Assembly: GCF_001194135.2 (NCBI RefSeq)
Contig: NC_068986.1
Span: 114,580,563-114,644,562, forward strand
DNA length: 64,000 bases
Direction: 5' to 3'
From: Octopus bimaculoides
Taxonomy: Eukaryota
Shown: positions 36,591-51,385 of the stretch, piece after piece
Position numbering within the stretch: position 1 is the first letter of the stretch
Layout: each line of letters begins with the position of its first letter
The notes under the pieces: generated by a model
What the model was told of the DNA's origin: nothing
Database searches by the model: none
Seen by the model: only the letters and a program-made list of their open reading frames with translations
Made by a program: the position numbers and the translations under genes

Positions 36591-39500
36591 AATGCACATG
36601 TTACCAAGGACTTTAACCAAAAAATTTTCCCATTTGTCATGTATTCATAATGACTATCTTGTCTGCGAGGAACATTTTATCTTTTGTTTATTCCATCCCC
36701 TGCCAAATATGATTATTTGGAAATTTTTTAAAATTGATTTTTATAAAAATGAAAAAAATATAACACAATTCCCCCAAAAAAAATTTTAAGTAAAAAGATA
36801 AAAAAGAAACGGAGTATAAAACAGAAAAAAAAAGTAAAACTGAATTGTGAGAGTTTTTGAAAAAAAAGAACGAACTTTTTATTTACAATTTATAATACTT
36901 TGAAATCGCGTTCTATTCTCTCTGTTTACACACCTACAATTTGACTCACGGAGCTATAAACTGTGCACATAAACATATATATTCACAAAAATACTCTGTA
37001 TTTAGTTCCGCTCGTATTTTGTCCCTTTTACCTTTCATTCTAAAGCAGTACGATTGAATAATTATTAAAGTTCTAGATCGATATAAATGACTGAAACCAA
37101 TAAAAACCACACACACACACACACACACTCTGTTGCCACTCCGAGTTATTATGCATTTTAGACACAAAAACATCCATACAATATTGAAATAAAATGGAAC
37201 AGCAAACTTTGGATCAATTTAATTTTTTTCTCTCCCGGATATTTCTTTGACAAAACGAATCAAAGAATAACAGCAACAACATCGCCGATGATGATTGTGC
37301 TGATAGAAGACCAAAAAAAAAATAATCTAATAAATATGACAAAGAAAACAATTTTAGCTTTTTTTTTTTTTTTTTTTAACTGTAACAAGAAATTCCAGCA
37401 AGAAGGATTCGTTTTTGTTTGTTTGTTTTTCATGTGTGTAAATCTGCAGAGTTCATTTCAAATCGTAATATTTGTGTCAAACAACGGATATTCACTATGA
37501 AAACCAAGGAAAAATCTACGAAAAGTTAAGCAAGAACAACAAAATATTTTCTTTATGTATTTGTTTATTCATTTTTGCTAAGGAGAATAATAATGGAAAT
37601 AAAAACCAATCAATTTAATTCTCGAAGATTAAAAAAGAAACTGCAAATGCTCAAAAGAAACAGGAAGCCAAAAGAATTTTGTAAAACTGAAAATATGACA
37701 GAATACATAGTAAAAAAAAAACAAAAAAAACATCGAATGTTTCTGTTATTAATAGTCATTTCTTTTACTTTGCCACAAGGGTGGTGAACAGGGGAACATT
37801 GCAGAAATCAAATTTAAAAAAGAAAAAGGTAATGACAATAATAATAATGAACACTGTCAAGTGTTGGATGTAATAATTAATACTTCACTAAATTTGAGTT
37901 GATTTGTGGTTTTGTAAATTTCAGTTTTACTTAAGCCGATAAAATAAACTGATATAAGGGCCTATTCGATAACTACCCGTATTATAATTACATCAACCCT
38001 GTTGATGTTCTTTAAACTCAGATATGACCATCCTGTCTCTTACTCAGAAATAGTGCATTTTTAGGAGTACTGTAGCTTTCCATTTTAGAGATGCGCGCGC
38101 GCGATATGGTGGCTATTTGGCTATTATTGATCACAGGTTGAGTGATGCCACTTCCGCACCGTATCGGTTCCCTCATCAATATGTGTTATTATATTAGACG
38201 AGTATTTTCATATACAGTGGTGTGGTACAGCGGAGGGTGTAGTGGTGGTGAGTATATTGCTATGTAGAAGGAGTTATGGTGCTATGGCAGAGTAAATATG
38301 TTGCTGTGGTAACTCTTGTCAATGTCTGAGTTGGTATCTTGCTACCTTCCATACCTTTGTATAAGTACCAGTTATGTCCTGAGTTCGATTCAGTCGTCGA
38401 CTTATCCTCCAACCTTTTTCCTCCCATGTATAGTTCTTGTGTTGTTGTTGTTGTTGTAAGGGCGGTTGTGGGGTAGTAGTTACAACCTTTGACCTTCTGA
38501 ATAAATACCGAGGATCGACTTCGTATTTTATCTTTGTTCTAGCCATGATCAACCATTTTTTTTTTATCCAGTGTCCTTAAGACAGAAGGGTGTAATTGGA
38601 GGGAGAAGTACCTGCTATTTTTTTAGTAAGGAGAGCGACTGAGTTGACATATTGTTATTGGTGTTTAGTTTCATATCAGCCTTGCCCCTCCCGACTTAAG
38701 AATATTTAACACTATATTATCTAATACTTTTCCTGTTTTAAGAAGAGTGATTTAGCTGCTATTTCTAACCGGTTGATTTATCACGTCGAGCAAACGAAGG
38801 AGCTCGATGTACCAGTAATCTACTGGAGTTTGAATCGATCAACGTATTCCTTCCTAACAAATTCTGTGGCTTTGTGCCAAAGCTAGAAATTATCGTTGTT
38901 GTTGCTATTATTCTGATGCCAGATGCGGAAGAATCCAGCTGAGAAGACAGGAAACTAGCGGGAGAGGAGAGAAGACGGGGTATAGACCAAGAATGTTGCT
39001 CTCTCTCGCACTCTGCCTATCTTTCTCTCTGCCCTTTTCTCCCTTTCCTTTCCCTCATTCCATGAATGAATCCTCTCCTCCCACTCTGTTACCCGTCGCA
39101 ACTAAGTCAAACTGCTACACTTAAGTAAACGCATACAAATGGACGAGTCTATTTGTTTTCTCTCTAATGGGTGAGTTTATATACACAAAGGAATCGCTGA
39201 AAGACGGCTCTTTATGTCGCTGTCTTTATTTAACCCCAGCACAACCCTGATTGAGCAGAACTATGATCAGAGGCGTTCCAACCGTGACTATCCGTCTTTT
39301 CGTATATCCATCGAGCTAAATGTCCAACGTACCTCACATCTTTAAGGTAGTAAGGATCGTGATTCGAGAATATGCCTGTTATTTCTAGCAGGTTTCTTTG
39401 TTAACTCATTTGTATTTTGTATTCCAGATGGTCCCGTTTATATGGGGATGGAGTTGATCGGCAGAATGGGTAGAAAATCGAGGAAATTAACTTGAAGCAG

Positions 39501-40334
39501 CAGTACTTAGTTACGTTTCTAAATGTTCTGAGTTTAAATCCTGCCGGAATCAACTTTCAGTTTTTATCCTTTCGGGGTCACTAAAATAAGTAACCAACCA
39601 GTCAACGAGGGAGTCCTTTTTTGCCCACCAATTATGGGGAAATTCCTCGCCTACAGCTGACGAAATCTTCGGAAACAACAAAATACCCCAAATGAGAAAC
39701 AATTGTCATAATCCTTCAGATCAAAACGGTAAAGTTACATATCTCGATGTGGATTCGAAAAATTAAAATATTATTCTCTGTCCAGATGTGACTGCACTTG
39801 CAGTTCGCCTCTTGGGACCCTACTGAAAAGGTTTCGCATCCCGACGTTATGCGATCACTCGATATACTAAAAACAGCACTGAATTTCCCATTCAAATCAC
39901 ATCCTACTGTTTTAAAAGAAGAAAAATAAGTTAGATTATTGGTGTTTACATAATTCCATATAAAGGTGGGATGGACACATCTGGAATACATTTAATCGTA
40001 CATGGATCCTACTGGATCAGAGGTGACCTAAGACTAAACAACAACAGAGATATTAAAGACGAAGATGAGTTTGGCTGAATTTATAATGCCCTTATGAGAG
40101 CGACATCCTACTTTAGTCACTATACCAATGCAAGCAACACGAACCAATGAGGGGAGGCTCCCTACTCCGTCACTACATCTACCAGATCTTCAAGTCGCAC
40201 CACTAGTGGTTTACATGCAGCAGTCATTAGGATTAGTGAGGTTATCGCTACAGTTATTCATGTCTTTGCTTTATTCTGTCCGTTCAGAAAATTGGACTTG
40301 GTTGTGATCTTTTATCCTTTGCGTATATCATTCA

Positions 40335-40545
40335 CTGGACTGCAGCCATGCTGGAACACCGCCTTCGGGGCTTTAGTCGAACAAATCGCCTCCGGTACTT
40401 ATTCTCTCTTTTGCCGAACCGCTGTTACGGTAACGTAAACCAACACCAGGTGTCAAGTGGTAGTATGATATACATACACGCACACATATACACACACGAC
40501 AGGCTTCTTTCAGCTACTGCCAACCAAATCTTCTCACAAGGCTCG
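40335..40545 (-). mobile_element. SINE family B fragment
   Basis: gactgcagccatgctggaacaccgcc...tttagtcgaacaaatcg...ccgaaccgc...aaccaaatc..ctcacaaggc. Confidence 0.75.
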
Positions 40546-42329
40546 CCAACACACACGTGTGTGTGTTTGGAGATAATTCGGCATGTAGATGGTCGATAAG
40601 TAGTTGTTAGAACATCGGATAGAATGTTTTGTGGTATACATTCCGAGTTCAAACCCTGCTGAGGTCAACTTAAATTTATTTTTCTTTTTTTAACGGAGGG
40701 TCGATAAATAAGTATATTATTGATTCTCTCTCTCTCCCTCTCCCTCTCCTATTCATTCTGTCCTCCCTCCTTTCTCTCCCTTCTCTCCGTAAGAAATAAT
40801 CTGTATTCAGATCTGGAATGGAATAGACACCACCAGATTTAAAATAAAGGACATGTCGTTTGTCATGGCGACAGCCTTAAAGATTCGCCTGTCTGCACTG
40901 GAGATAGCAACTGTAACAAGCTGTATCCGTTGCCTGTCCAAAAGTAGTCCTTCATCTTTAGTATTTCGTCTGTATAAGTTTTATAGTTTTTGCTAGTAAA
41001 TATACTATTGTAATTTGAGGTTAATTAGCCATGTTCTTAGCATTTCAGTCATAATCATCCAGTTTTTTTTTTNNNNNNNNNNNNNGGGGGGGGGGGGATT
41101 CAAGCATAATGTAGGATTGTCCAGTATGTAATTTTTCTTTTCTGGATGGTAAGATGTAACATGAGGAACTCACGTAGGTTCCCAACCACACACATATCTT
41201 TGGTGCGTTGACATCGTTTCATGTCAACAAATTCGGATCTTTGGTAGCCTAGCATACTTCACATTAGATGTAATGGGTTATTTGCACACAACAGTGCCGT
41301 CTCTTTCTATTGTTCGAATGTCAGTTCTATGATTGTTCTAGAAAGTTTCTTCGCTATCTGTGCGTGATGTGTATGATTTAGAGATGTAACTCCTATTGTA
41401 TGTGTGTGGTATGTTTATTTTAGCATACGATCATTTCTGAACGTGCAAACTTATGACCAAAGGCGTTCCAGCCATAGCCATATCTCTTCCCCGAGTTCAA
41501 TGAACCCAAGCTCACATTTTTCAGTATATTTTTTTCTAAAACGGTAGATGCGATGCGAGTGAAACTTAACTGCAGTTTCTCTCGAGTCGAGCGACCGTGT
41601 AGAAACTCCCTTGTTGATTCGTGTTGTTGAATGCCATAGTTTATCTTACTCGAAGACTCTTGTGGTGGTGTTACTTGCAGATAACAGAATGATGATGTTT
41701 GGTGCAGCTTGTAGGTGGTGTTGCGCTGACCCTCGTAAATTTTCAAAGCAAAACTTCGAGTGATCAAAATGCGAGACTTGGTGTCTGCTCCCAGTTTCCA
41801 AACGAAGTGATTTCACTCTATAACCTCTCTAATGTTCTTCGGATAAGCATTATTCACACACCATCTGTTTCGTCTCAGTCTTTTGCCCTATAAAAACTTT
41901 TATTGGATGAAAAAGTGGGGTCATGGAATCGGTTGGCACAGCCCATTTTTGGCGAGACATACACATGCGTGGCGTAGGGTGCGCAGGGGAATTTGTGAAC
42001 AAGCTTTATCAGTCCATATATAAATGAAAGACGACTTAATGTAATGTTTCAAAGCAAGCGCCAAATTTTAACTTTTACGTCGTTCCCTCAGACGTATCAA
42101 CACCAATATGATAGATTACAATCTGATAGAGTGCTTGTGGTTTTATGAGGTCTCTGGTGAGGGACCCGTCATCTATGGTCAAGAAAAAGAATTTTTCAAC
42201 GGTCAGACGTCATCAAGACACTTCCTCTGGCAGGTCCAGATCACCACCAAAGGAATAGCGGGTTGATAAGAGCTATCACTGTGCAGCTCAAGTTAGCAGA
42301 TCCCACTCTCGGACATGCGTGCATGATGA

Positions 42330-42450
42330 CATTATGTAAAAGTGGTGACATCCGTTTGGCAAGACCCAAGAGAACCATGTGGCCTCTTAACTCTCTTGAT
42401 TTGAATAATCTGGCCTGTTTCACCAATGGTGTCGTCAGCAGTTGACTGAC
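42330..42450 (+). pseudogene. Small Tc1/mariner-type transposase fragment
   Basis: MWPLNSLDLNNL resembles WPPNSPDLNPLD; surrounding similarity is weak. Confidence 0.4.
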
Positions 42451-43164
42451 CGGCAGCTCCACGTAGGAGCTGCTGTTGTGAGCGTGATGGATAAACATGT
42501 TGGGGAGTTGGGGGGGGGGGCTATCTAATCCTAGTTTGCAGTTACTTTTGTGGCTACATTGGGGCTGAAGAAGATTTTATAAAATGTTTCTTTGCTGTAT
42601 CTAGCCAATCGTGTTTGTCAGCAGGTGTTTATTTTTGTTTTGTTTTTTTTGGTCTGTATGATGTCTTGCTTTGTTCAAAAATGCCTAGCGCACTGTGTAT
42701 GTGCGTGGGGGGAGTCACCAGTTAACAGTAAGGTAAATAAATGTATATAATTTCTTTACATGAGTACATTCAAACTTCCATTTTTCTGTTTATTACTCAT
42801 CGACATTGGTCATTGACTCGAATAATTCCTGGTTTATACTTGAGCACTCTCAGTGAACAAATGCCTTGATAATCCCCTGCGACCATCTGGACGGGTACAC
42901 CTCACATTTGACGCGTTTCTTAAGGAAATATTCTTGAAATTTTGTTTGCAATGTTGCATTATGCCCATGGTTACATAAACAGTTTGCCTTCAGACAAGCT
43001 ACTATTATTACATCTATACTCATCAGTAATCCCTGGTGCTTGCAAGTCAGTGGTATCGAATGGTTAGTCAGTTTGACTAGATTTAAGGCTCAAAATGGTT
43101 ATGGGAGCTTCTACGTGATCACTTGACCAATTAGAAATGGCAACCACATCACACTACTCTCTCT

Positions 43165-43220
<56 letters not shown>

Positions 43221-44499
43221 TAGATAGGTAGATATGATTGTACAAAATAACACTTCATGGAGGTTGCAACCATCTTACAAGACAAAATGGTCACGACTGG
43301 AGTCCCTTTTTTTATAGTTCTGCTAGATTATTGACGTTCTAGCGCTGAACAAAATAACTCGATAACTAGTTTTTAAAATAAATTACCAGAGATGCCATAT
43401 TTTGATCTAGAAAGCCACATTAGCAATTTTCGTGTGTGTTTGTATATGAGAGAAAGAGTGAGAAAACGCGAGCTCACTGGCAGTTGAATTAATTGCGAAG
43501 TTTCTAGGCATTATCATTACAAGGAAGTAACCACTAATACGTGCTAGAACAACTAATGAGTCAAGGCTGGAGAAAGCCTCTGAGCAGTCACCCAATCTGC
43601 TAGAAGTCATAGCAGCTTAAATTTCATCTGAAACCACACCCTGTTTGAGTAGAGACCTTTTCCGTCACAATTAAACAATGCAGTAAGATATATGAAACTT
43701 GATAGTCGTGATGACTGAAAATGTTGTCTTTGATCAAAAGGTTCTGCCCAATCGGGTTGACTGGGAGCTAAAAATTAAAATCTTATACATTAACATCATT
43801 ACCACTATCATCATTGTCGTTATTTTGCTTTGTTTATTCGCTGCCTTGCATTAATTTGGATGGGCAGCTTGATCCGAAGAAAGAGAGAAATCTGATTTAT
43901 TTAAAGCGTAAATTTTGTTTTTTATCCCACTTTTGCGTTGTTGCGACTGAGATGTTGCCCCTATCCTCAGATCACTCTGTCAGACATTAATGACAATCAC
44001 CCTTCGTGTCTATGAAGCGACGCCAGTACTCGACTTAAGATAGCCCTTGCTTCACTATACCTCTCAGTAACTTGAAACAGTTAAAATTATTGGTCGGAGG
44101 GATGCAAATTACCCTTGGACTTCATTGTTGTAGACCACAAAGCAATGTACCGGAGTCCCTACATACGCAATCTTAATTAAGGTTGGGCCTCCAGTGTGCC
44201 CGAGTCTTAAGACGGCTCTGCCTTTGGCCGGTAGCTGGAAAGTCATTTCATCTCACTCCATATAACTTTAGAACCATTATTTATCACATGTTATCTCAGG
44301 TAGTGGAGCAACCTATAAGAAGCTAAACTCTGATTAATTTTACTGGTGGGGACAATCTGAAATGAAGTGACGGTAGCTGGATATGTGTAAAATTTAGACT
44401 TAGTGCAGAAATCGAGAACATATACAGCAAAATATAATATTCTGTCTGATGCTCTAACGACTCTGCTTTAGTTATGACGTAATAATAATTGTTTCTAAC

Positions 44500-44640
44500 A
44501 GACACAAAGCCAAAAATCGAGGGATGGAGTAGTTGATGCTACCAGTCTCAGTACATCACTAGTACTGTATGTTAATGACCCTGAAAGGATGTAGAGCAAA
44601 GTTGACCTCACCGGGATTTGAACTCGAGATATAGCTCGAT
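44500..44640 (-). mobile_element. SINE family A fragment
   Basis: gaccctgaaaggatgtagagcaaagttgacctcaccgggatttgaactcg. Confidence 0.7.
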
Positions 44641-45570
44641 CAAATACCACACGACGGTGAAGAAAGAGCGTCAGAGATAACCACGTTTGCTGACCACATT
44701 TTCACTCAGTTTCTGAAGATAAACGAATAACTCGGACTTAGAAAACATGTAGACAACTGCAATCTTGGTACCAAATTCTGTCTTTTCTCCCCCTTGCTCA
44801 ACACAACGATGATGCTGCTGATGGGTCGGCCGATCGATTCGTTACAAGCCTATAACAAACGGCACTATTGTTTACAGAATATATAAAATAGAGTAACAAA
44901 CTGAAAAAAGATAATCTCGTAAAAACCTTTTGAATGCATAGTCGCAGTTAAATGCCCCAGCATAGCCACGGTTAAGAGTCAAGATTGAACTGAATGGAAA
45001 TACCAACAATGTTAGATGTTTGTTCGAGTGTGTAATGAGGTCATCAAGTCAACCGAGGCATGGTATATCCGAAGTGCTAGGTCTGAGGCTCAAACCCAGG
45101 CGCCCTACAGGCTTCATATATTAGCCGGATGATGATTGAACTAAAGATACAATAACAGTATCTGAGTGAATTTAGCTACTACTTCTAGCAGGTCGAACGG
45201 CTATGTAATAGCCCGTTCCTTTAGGTCAGTGTTGTAGTCTATCGTGTGGTGGTATTAGGTGTAGTAAAGAAGTTGAAGCATACTGCCATTCTGTTTGTAG
45301 CCAATGCGCTCTTCCTATAACAGAGGAGGAACCAGGAAAGGAGTTAAAATTTGAATCAGCGACATTTGACTTTCAAACATTGATAGTATGTATGTGGGAT
45401 CGAGAGCATTGTTTTATCACAGTCACGTTACACTGAGCATGTACTTGTAAACCTCCACATTTCGATAACAAGAGCTCCTACAGACGTCATATCAGGCCAG
45501 CCTCGGCCACCTAAGTTCAAATCCTCCTTCCGTTAGTTGCTGCTACTAAATCGATATCTTATCTCACACA

Positions 45571-45679
<109 letters not shown>

Positions 45680-46736
45680 TAATATTCATTCATCTATTGT
45701 AGAGCTCTCCAAGCAGAATGCCTCACAGTTTATGATGATGACTTCAGAGTTCGGATCCTGTCTGGCACTTTTTTTTTATTATTATTATTCTACTCCGTTC
45801 GTTAAAGTGCCAGTCTAAAACTTATAATTGTGCTTAGGTATACAAATAGAGAAAATTAAAATCCGCAAAATGTGATTGGAATGAAATCTGGCTGTAATTT
45901 CAAGCATACTGGGAAACTCAAGAGACTCGGTATTAGTCGTGCTTGATCTAGCTGATTATCCCTACATCAGCTCTGATCTAGTAGCCACATAACTTACAGC
46001 ACCTCATCCACGACTACCCTATCCAAATTTCTCCTACATAATGTAGGAATGCAGTCTAATCTTCCAGTTTAAAAGCTATTTAAGAGAGATTTGACTGTTA
46101 TTTCCAGCAGTTTTATCACTCACATTGGCTCAGTGCCAGTAATACCAGTAGTAGCAGTAATGGTAGTGTTGAGTGTCAAGTTGATATTCAACATGTATAT
46201 TTAATAAGTCCACCACCACCACCAGTTCAAGTCATAATGCAGGGCGTTGGAAGAGAAAATAAATCTATATACTCTACTATTGTCTGTTGCCGTTAGGTGG
46301 TGGTCGTGGGGATTAGTTAGGCAGACAACACACATACACACACACGCCAATACATTTCTACTCGTCTACCTGTATAAACTTACATACATAACGTGAATAT
46401 TTCGATGTGTAAATAGATATTATATTTACGTGTACGTACATAAATATGCAGTGAAAGAACCACTGTACTGTAATACGTATAATTGTGTATTTACATATGT
46501 ATGTACACATATACAAAATGAAGGTTCATTAACAAAAATAGTATATGCAAACTAGCAGTTTACACACACACACACATACACACACTAGTTATGAATACCT
46601 GATGTATGATTTAAAATGCTATGTCGGAGTATGCTATATATTTGTGTATGTGTGTGTGTGTGTGTGTGTATAAACTTTATATATACACACACACACACAC
46701 ACATGTTTATACTTTGTGTGTGTGTGTGTGTGTGTG

Positions 46737-46807
<71 letters not shown>

Positions 46808-49562
46808 GTGGTTTTTGTATATACACACGTTTATACTTTGTGTGTGTGTGTCATTTGAGATAAACTGTGTCTAAAAGAGAAGCTATTCTGTCAATAATTT
46901 TAAGAACTGTGTAAACTTTATTTAATCTATACAGCTGACCAGGATCTGGTTAGGTAGCCAACTAACCACATTAGACTATCATTGAAACAACACCCTGAAA
47001 ATAAATTTGTGTGTGTGTATGTGTTGGCAGGGGTGCGCTGAGGCGAAGGATCATTCTCTGTTGGTATGCTGAAATCATAGCTGTGTTAAATGTACTTTTT
47101 CACAGGCACATTATGAGGCTTTCACAAATAGGTTACCTTTGTTTTACTTTATCGTTCGCTTTGTATCAACATGGTTTTTCATGTCGTTGACTGGATATTA
47201 ACAAGTAGTAGTAATATAGGCCACCTGACAGTGGTGGTCTTTGTCCGCAGCTAAGCATGTTAACATCAGTACAGTTGCTGCTTAGTCCTAGGTCAACCCA
47301 AATAAAGTAAAATACAATCGAAAGCATTCCAGCCATGACCATCCCGGCTTTTTTGCTAAGTACGGAGAACTGATATCTAATGGGGTATTTTTGAAAGACA
47401 ATAGGGTGTGATTTGAGAGAGATCGGGACTGCTATTTCTAGCAGGCCGAGGTCCTTTCGTTAGCTTACCAGTATTTATTGCATTGACCCCTCCAGGCGTG
47501 ATTTGCACTTGGAACGAAAAGGGAGGCAATTGAAACCAACCGCTATTTCGTCATCGGTCTATCATTTTCGATTCATCCTAATTATTCTTCACAGTAACTC
47601 AAGGTCACACATTTTGGTACGGCGGAACAACAATTTTAGCCATGTCTAACTTAAGCAATTAGTTAGTGATCCTCTAGTATTTGGTTACTACTTATTTTAT
47701 CGGACTTAATACTTATCGGAAGGGGTAATGAGTATCATGCGAGTCAAAAGCCAACTTTTAGTTCCCTTTCACATGTTAAGAATTTCGTTTCTGAGTCTCA
47801 ATTTGATTCCATTATGCAGCAAGTGTTTCCTGAGGGCCATTAACTTGTAAGATTGAGCAAAATTCTATAGACAACAACTGAAGCAGCTCATCTTTACTCA
47901 TGTAAATGGGTATGTCAGGTTGTGTTTCTTATATCATAGCTTAACTTAATGATTTGATATGAATAAAATATACACTGGACTGAATGTAAAACTAAAATTG
48001 GAGTTAATACAATTGACTAAAGCCCTTGAAGGTGGTGCCCCATTTTGCTACAATTTAAAAGGTGATCCGCCAATGATAAGAATTTCACCATTAGAGTTAG
48101 ATTAGTTCTCGAGAGTTAATATTTACTTCCTTATTGATAATAATTTATCTCAAGTCCTACTTATTGGGTATAAGTATATAAACTTGTGTATATGTAGGAG
48201 CACAGGAGGCATGGCTGTATGGTTCTGAGTTCAATCCTACTGCATGGCAACTTGGACAAATGCCTTTTACAAGAGTATCAGGTTGAACCAATCTTTTTAT
48301 AGAATTTGGTTACCAGAAACTTTGCAGAAGCCTGTCATGTGTACACACATGTACATGTGCACATCATATGCGTCCTCTTAAATAAAAGAATGTTCAATTG
48401 CGTTACAAAACCTGATTTTATTCAAAGATCTTGTGTTTCTGTTGGCTCTTTTTATCATACGATGACATTTGAAACCAAATCTGCTAATACTGAAAATGAC
48501 AATCTGGTACACGCACTGGATCGTTCATATACCTGACTTGATACCTACTGCAGCCCCTCTTTTTAAATTACATTTTCTTTTTTAATGCTAACTATTGAAA
48601 AACTAGTGTCCCATTTATTTGGCTGGTTGTTTAGAGCAGAGATTGGCATTAAATTATATCCTACTGTCTTTAGTAAAAGAAGAGGAATATATTGGTTAAT
48701 GATATCCTGAATAGACTTTTAGTAAAAAATGAAATGGTTTGTGAAACATCTTTGATCATAATTCAGCAGGATCAGGACTGATGGACATCTAAACAACTGA
48801 AATTTAAATATACCAACAGACAAACCTAATAATGTATATTTAGAATTACTCAAATATATTTCTTTTTAGTATTTTAATCATTATAGTATCACTCTAAGTT
48901 CTTATTTTGTCAGTCAGCTTTGTGTTTCATCCCTCTAGAATTCATAATATAAATACTAGCCAAGTACTGGAGTTAATTAAATTCACAACATTCTAACCAC
49001 CTACCCTTACAAACTATATGGCCTTGAGCCAAATTTTTTTTTTTAAATTATCTATTGGACAATTACATAACAGAACTAGTAGAGCATCAAATAATATATC
49101 TTTCTACACTTAATTTCCCCTTGTTCTGAGCACAAATCCTGAAGATCAACTTCATCTTCAAACTTCCATAATCAACTGAATAAAGTCCCAACCAAACACT
49201 AAGGTTGATCAAGACCAACATGTCTTACAAATAGTGGTAGGCTATAATTGTTAGAATACCAGACAAAATAATTTGTATTTGTTCCAGCCCTTTATGCATT
49301 GTGTCCAAATCCTGCTAAGATCTGCTTTGCCTTTCATCTCTCCATGGTTGATAAAAGTACTCTCCACAAAAAAAAATTATTGCCTTTGTGTCAAAATTAA
49401 AGGCATCATTATTGTTCTACTGAGGTCAATTTTACCTTTCATCCTTTTGGGGTCAATAAAATAAGTACCAGTTGAATACTGGGGTCGATGTAATTGACTT
49501 ATCCCCTCCCCAGAATTGCTGCTGTTGTGGCAAATTTAAAACTATTATTATCATTATTATTA

Positions 49563-49775
49563 AGGCAGCAAGCTGGCAGAATCATTAGCATGTTGGACAA
49601 AATGCTTAGTGGCATTTCACCCATTTTCATATTCTGAGTTCAAACTCTGCCAAAGTCAGCTTTACTTTTCATCCTTTCAGTTTCAATAAAATAAGTACCA
49701 CTCAAGCACTGGAATTAATGTTATTGACTTAACCCCGCCTCCAAAATTGCAGGTCAAAATTTGAAATCATTATTA
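49563..49775 (+). mobile_element. SINE family A, near full length, CpG-decayed
   Basis: ggcagcaagctggcagaatcattagcatgttggacaaaatgcttagtggcatttcacc...ctctgccaaagtcagc; positions that are CpG in the copy at 7309 read CpA or TpG. Confidence 0.85.
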
Positions 49776-49799
49776 TAATAGACTATGGATAGATTTGCT

Positions 49800-50160
49800 G
49801 ATACATTAGCATTATTAGCATACAGCTAAGCACAGCTCTCTGGCCTTGGGTCGACTTGTGCAGTGTTTTGTTTATAGTTTTATATTTTTTTATTGTATTG
49901 AAAGTCCTGCAAATAATGTCGTCGATGCCCAGTAGTGCTATTTTCTGTCTGACACCCATATTCATAAGTCCTCTGATTTTGGTTATGCATTTGTATTTTA
50001 ATCATTCTTAGGACTCATTGTTATGAAAGGATTGCTTCTATTTTCAGTCTGTAATGACATTCAAGTTATTGCTATTTCCATATCGTAATGTTTGAATATT
50101 TTCTATTTCTTAGAGAGATATGTTGTCGTGACAATTCTGGATTTTGCCTCCTTATAATGT
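49800..50160 (-). pseudogene. 3' end of an R4/Dong-like LINE
   Basis: Minus-strand ...QKIALLGIDDIICRTF, resembling the QK.ALLGTA.ILR..L C-terminus of RLE-type LINEs, then a 3' UTR-like tail. Confidence 0.6.
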
Positions 50161-50802
50161 TGTAAGTTTCTGACATACAACACTGGTGAAACAAGTTGTG
50201 GAAGTAGTGGTAGTAAGAAGAGCAAATAACCTTTGTAGAAATAATTGGTCAGAACTGAATATAATTATGTGAAGTCTTCATCTTGTATAATGCCAGAATC
50301 CATTTTCTTACATCACTCATACCACTACTCTACTGTTAACCTCTACTTAACATAACTACTCTCTCTTATATGTATGTATATATATATAAGTCCATGTGTG
50401 TGTGTGGTGTGTATATAATTTCTCCATAAGTACAACTAGCATACTTCAGATACACCCCAACTCCTGTTTTATATCTGTTTATATGAAGCCATTCACGTGA
50501 TATGTGGTGAACTCTGCAAGGAGGAAAAATTGTCCATGTGCACATATCTGCATATACATGTAAGCATATACATGCACAGATGCTTTGCACGTGTGTAAAA
50601 TCTCATGTTTATGTTTCATTATTATCTAGTTGTATGTATTAATATAGTGTACATAGATTAAAAAACTGCTCCACATTGGAGACAGCCCTTCCAGTTGGAA
50701 CAAAAAAAAAAAAGACATATCTCCTATTTTGACAGATAGCTGTGTCATGTGCACATGTGTTCATCTGTGTATGTTAGTGCTGGATGTGTAAAGTTCTTTA
50801 GC

Positions 50803-50855
<53 letters not shown>

Positions 50856-51354
50856 CTTATAAATACCTAATTGAAAGAATGTAGGCACAATACGTAAGAG
50901 CACAGCTGTATGTATTTGTGCCTGTACTCTATATATGTATGGAAGTACTATATACACATGTTCCTGTACTGTGTGTGTGTGTGTGTGTGTTAATGACTAG
51001 TTACTCCACTACCAGTCAGTGATGCCAATGTTGTAAATCTCAGCCTGAAGTTCTTGAAAATGCTAGCCAAGGTCAGTCTCTATAAATAAATCACAAGACA
51101 CACTACACATAGACCTCAACACATACACAACCCCCAAAGTGACCAATTAGCTAGGAATTATGACACCATTTCACTGTCCTTTTTTTTCAAGAAGAATTTC
51201 GTTTTATTGCATATTTACTACATATTTGCATACTAGACTAAAAAAAAACTATTTGCACACACACACACACACACACAATGCACCTTCATTTCTTTTTTGT
51301 CCATATCAGAAAAAGTAAGTCCAAAATGTGGAGGATCTCTCTCTCTCTCTCTCT

Positions 51355-51385
<31 letters not shown>

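Noticed and set aside
39421-39457. ttccAG|ATGGTC, an acceptor followed by Met-Val as expected for the next exon
   Set aside because: Reads MVPFIWGWS then stop; no RNP2 motif
39657-39690. CTGACGAaatcttcgGAAAC hammerhead-like core
   Set aside because: No stem III or NUH triplet and no stem I complement
42770-42970. Possible pogo DDE fragment (QGIIKAF) on the minus strand
   Set aside because: Single short motif; flanks do not align convincingly
48306-48536. ORF starting MVTRN, resembling the next Musashi exon (MVTRTKKIFVGG)
   Set aside because: First codon is TTG, the match ends after four residues, there is no acceptor, and the sequence is a decayed SINE B
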